This document shows, one piece after another, positions 1-12,362 of a stretch of DNA of 64,000 nucleotides (position 1 is the first letter of the stretch; each line of letters opens with the position of its first letter). Source of the DNA: Eledone cirrhosa (taxonomy: Eukaryota); NCBI GenBank assembly GCA_964016885.1, contig OZ024743.1, forward strand, positions 87,358,001 to 87,422,000. Reading direction: 5' to 3'. The notes beneath the pieces are model-generated. The model searched no databases. It was given only the letters and a program-made list of their open reading frames with translations, and was not told the DNA's origin. A program made the translations under genes and the position numbers.

Positions 1-643
1 ACAACTCTAGTCCCACACTTTTGAAGGTTTATTATAACATTCTGTGGCACTTTTGAGCTTGCGCATTTTTCATGTCTAGTTTAATATTTTTTTAAGGCAA
101 CGCTTGTAATAACTCTAGTTAAACAGGATATATATTAATAATAAATTATCGTTGTAATGTAATTAGATTATGTAATTGTTATTATAAATTATCTTATAAA
201 TATTAGTGTAAGATGTATAAAAATATTTTCAGACTTTTAATATAAACAACTACAAAAAACAATCAATATTAAATCAATATATTATACATAATAGAAAACA
301 TAAAATATACAATACAAAAACAAAATATTTACATACAATTGCAATTATCAGTGTATATACATTTTCTTTATATTCCCTGAGCAAATTAATAAGATTTGTT
401 TTTATTGTACATAATTTGATGACTGTATTAAAAGATGAGTGTATTAAAAGATAGCAACAATTTGTGATTAAATTGTTATCTTAAGCAACTCACTTTTTAA
501 TAGTTGTTGGCTGAGCGAAATTGTAAAAGCCTATGAGCAAATATAAAAAAAAATACACAAACAACATTTCCTTGTGTTATTACAACATTAGATAAAATAA
601 TTGAGCAATGTCGTTATATTTTGCTCTTATTGCACATTAATAG

Positions 644-810
644 TGTTTCTATTTTTCGGCACAAATCCATTACGGCAGTCCATTACTGGTACTTTATTTT
701 ATCGAATTAGTAAGTATGAAAGTCGAAGTTAACCTCGGCAGGATTTGAACTTAGAATGCAAAGGACCATAACAATACTGCAAAGCATGGTGTCTGACGCT
801 CTACCAATAC
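644..810 (-). mobile_element. tRNA-derived SINE, octopod-type family
   Basis: Reverse complement of the family core (CTGGTACTTTATTTTATCGA...AACCTCGGCAGGATTTGAACT) with B-box GTTCAAATCC; homologous to copies at 18727 and 34563. Confidence 0.8.
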
Positions 811-1204
811 TTGTGTTGAGCTGGTCATTAATTTATGGTGGTCGTGCGTGGAGTAGAGCAATCGCTAGTTGAAATATTATGAACAAAACATTTTTATTTG
901 CCGAAGAACATATTTTCAATACTGTTTGTGAATGTGACGAAGGAAATACATTCTGATATGGAACAGTGTACAAAGTGTGTCTGTGAATAACATAATGTTA
1001 CCTCATGTTGTTGTCAAGACATAATGGATTTCGTATATCCAGTTAGAAGATGAAACCTAGCCATCTCGGATTAGTTATATTTCATGCCATGTGTAAACGT
1101 GTTTGAGGATAGCAAAATATGCGCGTTAATTATAATAATTAGTTAATAATATTACAAAATATACCTAATTAAACTCTTTGCTTGAAATTTTATCATTCTT
1201 CGTT

Positions 1205-1260
<56 letters not shown>

Positions 1261-2670
1261 GAGATTTATCTAGTCCTTCGCTCAAGATTAATCTATAAGT
1301 TTAGATGTTTGCCTTCGTTTAAGTAAATATTACAGTAAGATTTTTAATATAAACAACTACAAAAAACAATTAATATTAAAACGAAAAAATTATCAATGAT
1401 AAAAGAAGCGGATGCAACTTTTTTTTTTATAAAGTTATATTCCTGTTTCTTTAAAGAACATTTCATTTTTGTTCTATTGTAGGCGAAATAATGCAATGGT
1501 TTAATAGGGAAGATATAACTTACGAATTATGTCTCTAACCGTGTAACGCTTTTTAAGTAGATAACTACAATTGAAAATACTAAAGAAATGGAACCAACAA
1601 TTCAATTTGAAAGTCGTCTAGTGACAGTGTATTACTGGTACTTTATTTTATCGACCCCGTAACGATGAAAGGCAAAAATGCAAATGCTTAAAATTTAAAT
1701 TGCCTTAATTCTATCGTCTGCTGTTTCATTAAAGGGAGATTATCGTCTGTATTTAATTCTATCGTCTACTGTTCCACTAAACAGATATACCTCCACTATC
1801 GTCTCTATTTATACATTTTAACTTATAACTTATACACATTTGATTTGAAATATTTTATCTAGTCCCCCCTCTCAATATTATGATGATTTCTTTCGAATGA
1901 AACAGTTCTAGTCCTGTAGAAACCATTTATATATATAATTGAACTGAGTTAAAAATTCACAATATTTATAATTAAATAAGCTCATATATATATGTGTGTA
2001 TTTATCTGTTTATTGTATTATATATAATGTGTGTATATACAGGATGTCCCCCAAAAATATATACACACTTCAACAGCATTCTAATAACTATTGCCTGTAC
2101 AGGTAATCAAAGTGTCAATCGAATGTTAGTTTCGTGTTTTAACAGTACAAATTTACAATACACACATAAAACCAGTGTATATACATACATGAGTGTGTAT
2201 ACACATACATGAATGTGTATATACAATATATATGTATATATATATAGACACATATATTCACGGTGCAACGGTACATTAAAATATAGATGCGGGAGAGGGG
2301 GGGTGTATATATAGGGGCGCTGGGGATAAAGGAGTGTAAAGCGTGTGTAATTGATATATTGAAGGAGAGGAGCGTGCAGCGATAGAGTAACAAATATATA
2401 GAGAGGGGGAGAGATGGTATTGAAGGGGAGGAGTGCAAAGCGAAAGAGTAAGAGATATATATAGAGACGGAACAGATAGAGAGAAACAGGCGTAAGTAAC
2501 AGTGGAAGAGATATAGAGAGAGGTACTCTGATTGGTTGAAAATTAGCCAATGACATACGATCACCACCACCACGGCTATCCCCGAAAAATTTTTTAAGAA
2601 GCTACGCATATATGTTAGAACACGAAAAGTGAACATTCTGTTGTTTCACACTTTTCGTGTTCTAACAGAT

Positions 2671-2748
2671 ATTGCCTCGTCTGACGAACGAATGAAGACG
2701 TTTCTTTCGTATTCGTCTCATTCGAGAAACCTCTGGTAATGAGGTAAT
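2671..2748 (+). ncRNA. Type I hammerhead ribozyme (Penelope-type), intact core
   Basis: Stem I TTGCCTCGT/ATGAGGTAA, CTGACGA at 2681, stem II CGAATG.AGACG/CGTCT.CATTCG, GAAA at 2726, short stem III CC-TCT-GG, cleavage triplet GTA. Confidence 0.8.
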
Positions 2749-2876
2749 TATATTGTATTGATTTTTATACATTAAATTTTGCTCTGACACTTACATAGAG
2801 CACTCTTCACTTCTATGACCTTTTCTGTTTTCAACGGGAATTTCAATACATATATATATATGTATTGAAATTCCCA

Positions 2877-2904
<28 letters not shown>

Positions 2905-2912
<8 letters not shown>

Positions 2913-3389
2913 TTTTGCCACACTTTTCCGAATATTTTTGCGGATATAAAGGTTATCTCCCTTGCTGAAATCCATGTGCGTATTTTTAGCCTGGGTCTTG
3001 TCTTTCCATCCATTCGGACGAAGCTCGTTGATAAAGTAACTCCAGTCCCCCGCTATCTGTAAGTCTTATATTTTTTTATATGAGCTAATAGATGACGGTT
3101 TAAGGATTTACAGAAACCCAAGAAGCTAGATATTCCATCTCTCTAGTGGGTCCGGGTATGCATTTTACATTCATTTCATTTATTGATTTATTGATAATTT
3201 ATCTGAGTGTCCCGAATCTTCCATATCGAACTTATCGGTTATTTGGTTGATTGTAGACATATTCTACGTGTGACGGTATTTAACGATAGTTATAGCTCTA
3301 ATTTATTTGAATTATAGAGCCCTCTGCCGCTCATCTCGAATTTTGTTTATCGTGAACTCGTGCGCCGATTTTTCGATACTCGATTATTC

Positions 3390-3390
<1 letters not shown>
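2905..3390 (+). mobile_element. Diverged copy of the hammerhead-containing element at 59402-60253
   Basis: Collinear blocks shared with 59760-60250 (GGTTATCTCCCTTG; AAGGATTTACAGAAACCCA; CTAGTGGGTCCGGGTATG; GTTTATCGTGAACTCGTGCGCCGATTTTTCGATACTCGAT); ribozyme core decayed to CTAATAGA; flanked by (TA)n. Confidence 0.8.
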
Positions 3391-3439
<49 letters not shown>

Positions 3440-3449
3440 GCAGCAAAGA

Positions 3450-3720
3450 GTTACGCCCCTTTATGGTCTGAGTTTAAATCCCGCCGAGGTTAACTTTGAA
3501 AGCATCCTTACGGGGCCGATAAAATAAAGTACCAGTAATACACTGGGATAAATTACTGACCAAAAGTAGAAACAATTATAATTACACGTCGTTAGATCAT
3601 CACATACAATGCTTGCAATATTTGTTCCGGCTCTCTGCTCTCAAATCCCACTGAGGTAAACCTTGCCTTTCATCTTTTCAAGGTCTATAAAAAATAGTAC
3701 CACTCTAGTACTGGGGTAGA
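3450..3720 (+). mobile_element. Two adjacent partial SINE copies
   Basis: TCTGAGTTTAAATCCCGCCGAGGT...GATAAAATAAAGTACCAG and CAAATCCCACTGAGGT..CTTGCCTTTCATC motifs. Confidence 0.7.
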
Positions 3721-3726
3721 TTATTC

Positions 3727-4638
3727 CTCTCTATCACTTTCTCACTTCTTTTCTCTTACTCTCTATCACTTTCTCACTTCTTTTCTCTTACTCTCTATCA
3801 TTTTCTCACTTCTTTTCTCTTACTCTCTATCACTTTCTCACTTCTTTTCTCTTACTCTCTATCATTTTCTCACTTCTTTTCTCTTACTCTCTATCACTTT
3901 CTCACTTCTTTTCTCTTACTCTCTATCATTTTCTCACTTCTTTTCTCTTACTCTCTATCACTTTCTCACTTCTTTTCTCTTACTCTCTATCATTTTCTCA
4001 CTTCTTTTCTCTTACTCTCTATCATTTTCTCACTTCTTTTCTCTTACTCTCTATCACTTTCTCACTTCTTTTCTCTTACTCTCTATCACTTTCTCACTTC
4101 TTTTCTCTTACTCTCTATCACTTTCTCACTTCTTTTCTCTTACTCTCTATCACTTTCTCACTTCTTTTCTCTTACTCTCTATCATTTTCTCACTTCTTTT
4201 CTCTTACTCTCTATCATTTTCTCACTTCTTTTCTCTTACTCTCTATCACTTTCTCACTTCTTTTCTCTTACTCTCTATCATTTTCTCACTTCTTTTCTCT
4301 TACTCTCTATCACTTTCTCACTTCTTTTCTCTTACTCTCTATCATTTTCTCACTTCTTTTCTCTTACTCTCTATCACTTTCTCACTTCTTTTCTCTTACT
4401 CTCTATCACTTTCTCACTTCTTTTCTCTTACTCTCTATCACTTTCTCACTTCTTTTCTCTTACTCTCTATTATTTTCTCACTTCTTTTCTCTTACTCTCT
4501 ATCATTTTCTCACTTCTTTTCTCTTACTCTCTATCACTTTCTCACTTCTTTTCTCTTACTCTCTATCACTTTCTCACTTCTTTTCTCTTACTCTCTATCA
4601 TTTTCTCACTTCTTTTCTCTTACTCTCTATCATTTTCT
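3727..4638. repeat. 32-bp pyrimidine-rich minisatellite, about 28 copies
   Basis: Unit CTCTCTATCA(C/T)TTTCTCACTTCTTTTCTCTTA; period 32 (CTATCA at 3731, 3763...); essentially one variable position. Confidence 0.97.
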
Positions 4639-4977
4639 AAAAGAAGAATTCTGCTGTGATCAGACCTAGAGAGAAGATGGGCTCCGCTTGATTTTAAAAG
4701 GTCCAAGAAATGCGACCCTACGACTCCATCGGGAGTTACGGGTCCATTCATACATACAGGGCAATTACGTTATGAAGAAAGAAAGGAGGAAAAAGAAAAA
4801 GACAGTAACGATTAGTTTATGGGTATAAAGTTTATATAGAGAATAGAATAACTTTTGATGTAGAAGAAGAAACTGGTGTTGCTATAACAAGAATGTTTTT
4901 TTGTCGTGACACCTACACGACCACTTTACAGTGGACTGGGTGCTTTTCGTCGTGGCACCTACACGACCACCTTAGAG

Positions 4978-5055
<78 letters not shown>

Positions 5056-5132
5056 TCCAGTCCCACAAACTGTAGAGTGCTTCTTATCCGATATCTGCAT
5101 TGCTTTATTGTACTACAATAAAACTCACCTCC

Positions 5133-5188
<56 letters not shown>

Positions 5189-5291
5189 TATATCATCATC
5201 ATCATCATCCTTTTACGTCCGTTTTCCCCTGCGTGCAAGGGTTGGACGGGTCCTATTCAGCACAGCATCTATTGTCACGGTCGTGTAGGTG

Positions 5292-5435
5292 TATATATAT
5301 GAAGGAAAAACCAAAAAGTTTGCATGGTTTCAAAACATTTTATATTCTACGCACATTTCAGTGATAAGAAAAAAATAATCGATAATCGATAATTTTGATT
5401 AATTAATTAGTTTTCATCACCTCCTCAAGAATAAT
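5292..5435 (-). repeat. Left arm of an inverted pair carrying a decayed hammerhead
   Basis: Reverse complement reads TTATTC-TTGAGGA-GGTGAT...ATCACT-GAAA-TGTGCG-TA-GAATA; homologous to 5985-6118. Confidence 0.7.
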
Positions 5436-5619
5436 AAAAGTAAAAGAGGGTAAAATATAATAACGTTCTTCTTAAGGTAATTAATTAATGTCTTTACACC
5501 GTCCGGACCATTATTCAAGGTAATTACTTAATATGTCTTTACACCGTCCGGACCATTTAACATGAGTTAATATGATTACCTCTTACACCTTTTATTTGTT
5601 ATTTTTCACTCAAAAGGAC

Positions 5620-5988
5620 TTTAATCCCGTTGAAGTTAACTTTGCCTTTTAGTCTTACGGGGTCGATAAAATAAAGTACCAGTAATGCACTGGATTCGTT
5701 TAGTCAACTTTCACTCTTCCTTTCAAATTGCTGGCCTTGTACCAAAAGTAGAAACAAGGTGGAGGAGACGATGGATTGGCAGAATCGTTAGAGCGTCGGA
5801 GTATATGTGCTTTAAGACATATAGTTACGTCCCTGTGTGTTCTGAGTTCAAATCCCGTCGAGGTTAGCTTTGCCTTTCATCCTTACTGGGTTGATAAAAT
5901 AAAGTACCAGTAACACACTGGTGTCGATTTAATCGACTTTCTCCTCCCCGCCAAATTGTTGGCCTTGTACCTTAATCAGAAACCATTA
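5620..5988 (+). mobile_element. Two tandem SINE copies (one 5'-truncated, one near full length)
   Basis: A-box-like TGGCAGAATCGTTAGAGCG, B-box GAGTTCAAATCC, core GATAAAATAAAGTACCAG present twice. Confidence 0.85.
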
Positions 5989-6070
5989 TTCCTGAGGAGG
6001 TGATGAAAACTAATTAATTAATTGAAATTATCGATTACCTTTTATTGTCACTGAATCGTACGTAGAATAA
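5986..6070 (+). ncRNA. Type I hammerhead motif with one core substitution
   Basis: TTATTC-CTGAGGA-GGTGAT...GTCACT-GAAT-CGTACG-TA-GAATAA; palindromic stem III; GAAA changed to GAAT. Confidence 0.65.
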
Positions 6071-6318
6071 AAAAATGTTTGGAGTCCCTGCAAACTCTGT
6101 TTTTCCTTTCAATACATATTAATGTTTGGTGATGTTGCTTATTTTTAGTCTTTTGAATCTTACCTCAGATTTATTTGATTTTCAGGATTAATAATCGTAA
6201 CATATTAAAGTTTTCCATCATCTTGTTTAGTCTAAGCTAAATGGATATCTCCATTTATATATCTGTGCGCGCACGCACGCACACACACACACTTATATGT
6301 ACAGATACACACATATAT

Positions 6319-6353
<35 letters not shown>

Positions 6354-6704
6354 GCAAAGTTGCACACTGAAAAGAACGAAATATGTAATGTACTGGGTAA
6401 TTGCTAGCCTTGTGCCAAAAGTAGAAACAATTATTTCAATCAATAGATCAATATTCTTGATGACCCGGCAACGAAGCATATAGGTTACTTGTTGTCTACA
6501 GTGAGATATAATTGTGTGTGCGCCTGTGTGTGTGTCAATGTGTGTGCATGTATCTATATACATATTGTCGGACCTCCATCGTTACCAACGACGACTGCTC
6601 CAGTTAATTCAGCCTGTTCACGAAATTTTTGTGCTAGTGCCTGGGTATCCTACTGACACGTGCACCCATAACGCTGTTCTGGGGGAGATTCAACGTGACA
6701 CATC

Positions 6705-7020
6705 ATCTTTATAATTGTTTTACGTCCATTTTCCACACTAGTATTGGTTAGACGAGTTGTCATGTTGTGGTCAATGCCAGGTCAGGTGATCATGATTTGC
6801 TCATACAGAACTGATTTTGATTTGGTTTCTACAGCTGGATGCCCTTCCTAACACCAACCACATTTATAGTGAGTACTGGGTGCTTTTTGTCGTGACATCT
6901 ACACGACCACTTTACAGTGTGGACTGGGTGCTTTTTGTCGTGATAACTACGCGACCACTTTACAGTGTGGACTCGGTGCTTTATGTCGTGACACCTTCAC
7001 GACGACTTTACAGTGTGTAA
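6705..7020 (-). mobile_element. RTE 3'-UTR-related repeat with internal ~48-bp subrepeats
   Basis: TTTCTACAGCTGGATGCCCTTCCTAACACCAACCAC is the reverse complement of 11783-11820; further fragments at 4890-4975 and 5195-5290. Confidence 0.75.
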
Positions 7021-8619
7021 TAAGGCTTAACACCTTGAATTACACGAACAACTTAATTTTTGCTAGCTGAGTGGACTGGAGTAGCGTGAAAAAAGTGTCT
7101 TGCTCAAGGACACAACGTACCGCCCGGCCCTGGCATCGAGTAATGCTGCGAGTGTTGCTGGTTTGCCTAAAAAATCATTAGAGAGGTTTCCCAGTGTTCC
7201 GCCAAGTATATTGAACGTTAATGGAGACTTTGTGGATAATTACACAAGGTCTAATACGAGATTTGAGCCATTATTTTAGGATACCAGGACCGTGTATACT
7301 TTGTATACACGTATGCGCGTATTTTTTGCATTTAAAACATTCATAGAAAAAAATCAAATTAATAAAATTAATAAAAAAAAAAGATTTTGACTTTCTAACA
7401 AAACTCTTTCACTTTGACTTGCAAATACCCAAATTTAACTTGGAAATCACCCAATTTCACTGTTAAATACTTTGTTTCAGAAGGCTATGAAATAAGTATA
7501 TACTTCCGTAAATTATATAATATTTATTAACACCAGTTTAGTCCTGATTGCGCAGACCTATGACGAAGGGTGTACCGCCGGTCGTGTCCTTCTTGTCTAT
7601 TTGTATATTAGGGATTACACAGTCGATCGTAACAGCAAAGTGTGATTTGAAGGAGATTTGGCTGCTTTTTCCAGCAGATTTAGTGACCTCATCGAGGCGA
7701 AGCTATAACAGAGGTTTTCAACAACCAACGCCAGCAATGACAAATGCAAATAAATTCTGTATAGATATTGAAATACCAAGACATAACTGGCATCGCACTA
7801 AACATGACATATACGCATACATAGGTTAACTTTGCTTTTCATCCTTACAGCGTCGATAAAATAAACCACTAATGATGCGCTGGGATAATTGCTGGCCTTG
7901 TGCCAAAAGTAGAAACAATTATATATACGAAATTTAAATCTATCTATATATATTTATATTGTGAAAGTTTGGTAGAAATATCCAAAGGTAAGAGCACTCA
8001 ATCCAAAGGTCGAGTTAAGTATAATTAGTTACAGCAGTGACATATACAGGTACATAAGTTTCGTTGGGTTATACACGGCTGAATGAGTTGGCGGTGCATG
8101 ACCCAACGAAACTGCTTAGAAGGTTATGGGGGCTGAGAGAGAGAGAGAGAGTAGTCAGTCTCCCACCAAATATTGAACGGATACTTTTTCAACGGGATGA
8201 AAAGGTAAAAGATGAAACTGTCCTCGGCACGTTTTCAACTTAGGGCGCAGAGACGGAGCGAATACTGTAAACATTGTATCTTAGGCACCAAGCATTGTGC
8301 CTAAGATGGTTTCTAATTTAGGCACAAGGCCAGCAATTTGAGGATGGAGAGAAGTCGATCACAATATTTGACTGGTACTTTATTTTATCAACCACATAAC
8401 AAATGAAAGACCCGTAACGATACGCTAGCCTTCTGGCTATGTAGAAACCATAATTATAATTTCCATAATCGTGTTTTCTTTTTATTGGCTGAAAACATGT
8501 TGAACTATTTTCGTCTCTTTTTCTTCTTGTTTTGTTTATTCTTTCTTGGAAAAGAAAAATCGAGAAATATATTTTCCAATGTGTAAACTATTTATCATTG
8601 TAGTTGGATGCTCTAGAAC

Positions 8620-8754
8620 GAATGACGTGTTGTGAGATTCGAAACGAGAGGCCATATCATTAACAAACTTCCTATATAGAAGTACTTTCATTTTGAATCA
8701 CCATTTTTTCACTTCACGAAACTAAGCAAACTCCGGATATTTTGCCTTGTAAGT
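8620..8754 (+). promoter_or_regulatory. Candidate promoter and non-coding first exon of the zinc-finger gene
   Basis: Unique CpG-containing sequence, TGACGT motif near 8622, donor-like GTAAGT at 8749; the link to the acceptor at 12341 is inferred. Confidence 0.35.
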
Positions 8755-9469
8755 TAATTTCTGTAAACTTATTTTTTTTTCGTAGTTTTATTTAAGAATT
8801 ATTTCATTACTTAGGTTGATATCAGTAACATTACTACATCGTATATGATGATCTCAGCCTGGGCAGTTTTCATGTATTTCGGGGTACCACCTGGTACTTT
8901 AATATTTCGCTACAGAAAAAAAAACAAAAACAAAAAAATTATGGGTTTCTAGGCTTCAGCCCAGTCAGCGAATATTACGATCCTGATCTCAGTAAAATTC
9001 AACATCAAAGAGGCAGTCCGTCTCTTTTCTTCTCTTTCCATCCCCTCACTTTAATGTGGAATCCCTCGATCAGTTAAGAGAAAAATATCTATTTGCTTAT
9101 ACCCGACCTGCCCAAATAACTGTTTTACACTGTCCCAAACCACCTGGTTACTTAACTCTTAATTTTTGTCTGAGATAATGTCGGAAAGATGGTTTTATTC
9201 TTTTCTACGTTGTCTGATCCCGAAATAGATGGTCCTAATCCCAAACAACTTAAACTCAGTTTAATCTTTTAGTTGACCGGAGATGCCAGACTTGTTAGAA
9301 TGTCTTAAACAGTTCATAAACATGTTCTCTTCTAGGAGTATTCTCCCCTACATACACTCCTTTCTTTAGTGCAGTAGCGTAGCTTCTGGGTGGGTGTGGG
9401 GAGGAGGGGGGAGGCGCTGCCTCTGGCGACATTTTTGGGTATGTTGTATAAGCCTGAATAGGCTATATG

Positions 9470-9661
9470 CGATGGGGTGCTGAAAAGTTCCTGGCTTTAA
9501 GGGTATCGCGAATGGGTGGAGCTGTTACCTTAACTGGGGAGGTAGGATCGCTGCAATAAATGTGTGAATCTGAGAGGGGAAAATGTTGAATAAAATCATA
9601 TGTAACTGATCTTCCTGTATTTTCTTTTGCCCAAAGCCACGAACTTTTCAGTACCCCCTCG
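9470..9661. mobile_element. Mariner-derived MITE
   Basis: About 29-bp imperfect TIRs CGATGGGGTGCTGAAAAGTTCCTGGCTTT / AAAGCCACGAACTTTTCAGTACCCCCTCG, flanked by TG and TA. Confidence 0.85.
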
Positions 9662-10487
9662 TACAAAGAGAGGGGCAGTGGAAAACTCTGATGTTAACCA
9701 CCTATTCAGTTTCCTTAATGAAAAATGTATCCATCAATGGTCTCCTACTGCCTCTTTTCGGAATATATATCCATTCAGCTCAGATTTGATACTAAACTAG
9801 GATGTGAAGCATCCACCCATGTTATTAGTAAGCATTTTAAGGTCGATAAATAAAGTATCAGTCAAGTACTGGGAGGAGTTGATTCTTCAGTACACATTGT
9901 GAAGTGTTTGATTTTAGGAAGGGTATCTTGCCATAGAAACCAAGACCAAGTGAAGTGTATGAGTAAAGTATGATCACCTGACTAGTCTAACCTCAGAACA
10001 TAACAACCCGTAATTTTTATATGAAATCTGTTGGTCTTTATTTTGGGGTTAGAGGAAGATATCTTGTCCTTGTATGAGATGCCACTGTCAGGGACTCCTG
10101 TTTCTTCTCACATTCTAGATACATCAATAGCCGAACTGAATAAATTATTGAAACACCATAATTTGTTCGTGAATTACATTTTTGAAATTATATAATTCGA
10201 CTTGTTTAAGGGAGATAGACCACTGACAATCAAGTTTTTATCATGATTGACCATTCCAGTGCCTTAGCCTCGCCATCATTAGTAGCAATGTCCTGATTGT
10301 TTTGGATCACCTCAAAAGGTTTTAGAGCGAAACACCAGCATTCCCTTTTGCAATGTATAATTGAGTGCACATGTCATTTTTATTGTCATTGTTCAATTCA
10401 TCATCATCATCACCATTTAACATCTATTTTCCATGCATGCTTGGATTAGAAATAGTCTGGGGCTAGACCGTTTGGCTTGGTTTCTAC

Positions 10488-12042
10488 ATTTTAGCGTAAA
10501 AGTTGGTGTCCATCAGGGCTCTGTTCTTAGCCCCCTACTATTTATTATTGCCCTTCAGGCTATAACAGAGGAATTCAAGACCGGCTGCCCATGGGAACTC
10601 CTATACGCAGATGATCTAACGCTCATAGCTGAATCAATGGCCGAGCTAGAGAAGAAATTCCAAACATGGAAGCACAGCCTAGAATCAAAGGGCCTTAAAA
10701 TTAACCTGGCTAAGACTAAAGTTCTAGTTTGTAGGAAAGAAAATAAAGCGCCGGTCCCTTCCGGGAAATGGCCATGCTCAGTGTGTAGGAAAGGCGTAGG
10801 TAGAAACTCCATTTTATGTCCCAAATGCAAAGTATGGGTGCATAAAAGATGTAGTGGGATCACAGGTAAGCTAACTAAGAACACAGATTTTACATGTGGC
10901 CGGTGCTCTGGTGCAATAAGTAGCAGCAAGTGCCCACAAAATACTAGCTCTTTCAATTGCGCAGAGGGTTCTATAGAAATAGTGGACAGCTTCCGTTACC
11001 TGGGTGACAAAATCAGCAGTGGGGGAGGGTGCTCTAAAAATACAGTAGCTAGATTCAGAACTGGATGGAAAAAGTTCAGAGAGCTTATACCACTATTAGC
11101 CGCTAAAGGGTTCTCCCTAAAAATGAAAGGCAGGTTGTATGATGCCTGCATACGAACAGCAATGTTGCATGGCAGTGAGACCTGGGCATTGTGTGCAGAG
11201 GATATACGCAGACTAGAGAGGAACGAAGCTTGCATGCTCCGCTGGATGTGTAATAGTAATATACGTGAACGGCAAAGCATAAACGAACTAAGGAAAAAAT
11301 TAGAAATAAGAGGGATCAGATGTTGTTTACTCGAGAGAAGGCTACGTTGGTATGGTCACGTGATGCGCATGAAAGATGACAGCTGTATAGCAAAGTGCAG
11401 GGCAATAAAGATAGATGGTAGCCACGGAGTAGGCAGACCCAGAAAAACCTGGGACGAGCTGATAAATTCCGACCTCACACACTTACACCTCTCCAAGACA
11501 ATGTCTCTGTACCGAGACCTTTGGCGGTACTCAGTAATAGAGAAGATCCGCCTTACCTAAATACAAAGTAAAACGTACTACAGTCAGCAGGCATCTCTAA
11601 CAAAATACACCCCCACCCCATCCACACCGCCCCTTTCAATGTAAAGTTATGTTGGTGCCACAACATCCAGGCCGAAACATATGAGATCGTGTAGGTGTCA
11701 TGACAAAAAAAACACACAGTCCACGCTGTAATGTGGCCGTGTAGGTAATACGGTAAAAACCTCCCATCCCCACACTGTAAATGTGGTTGGTGTTAGGAAG
11801 GGCATCCAGCTGTAGAAAACCCGCCAGACAGTCCACGCTGTAATGTGGCCGTGTAGGCAACACGGTAAAAACCTCCCAGCCCCACACTGTAAATGTGGTT
11901 GGTGTTAGGAAGGGCATCCAACTGTAGAAAACCCGCCAGACAGTCCTATGCGAGCAAGACAACCACTCTTGCCTCAAGTGGGAAAACTCCCGTCCAAACC
12001 CATGCAAGCGTGGAACATGGACGTTAAACGATGATGATGATG
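10488..12042 (+). mobile_element. 5'-truncated RTE-clade LINE (RT with embedded PHD finger, long 3' UTR, (GAT)n tail)
   Basis: ORF 10433-11560 has GVHQGSVLSP, LLYADD, FRYLG, LRWYGHVMR and GRPRKTW; 112-bp duplication in the 3' UTR (11717/11829); ends GGACGTTAAACGATGATGATG. Confidence 0.93.
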
Positions 12043-12362
12043 CCTTTCCTAATGCAAACCACTTAACAACATCTACTGGGATAATTTTATCATGACTCCA
12101 GCATTCACACCTTACTGTCCAGACTAGGTAATATTTGTTATGGCACCAGCACTGCAAGGAAGTATGTGAGAAATAGATTTGTTCAAACATTTTCATCTTA
12201 ATAAATTATAAGCTAACAATGTATAGACACCAACATACTTCATATTGTTGGATTTGATGATTTCAGTAATATTTCAGTATAAATTTAGGATTAAAACTGA
12301 GTTCACAGGATGAACTTTTCTACATTTCTTTTTCTCCACAGGTTGATTGAACAAAAAAAAAG

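Noticed and set aside
1878-1925. Hammerhead-like ATGATGA...GAAACAGTTCTAGTC (3' half repeated at ~20217)
   Set aside because: Core altered and no stem I partner; at most a remnant.
3727-4638. 32-bp repeat as a CRISPR array
   Set aside because: No spacers; a pure tandem minisatellite.
10433-10487. N-terminus MHAWIRNS of the 375-aa ORF as a true start
   Set aside because: It derives from an oppositely oriented RTE 3' end ((CAT)n at 10399-10412); RT homology begins near 10488.
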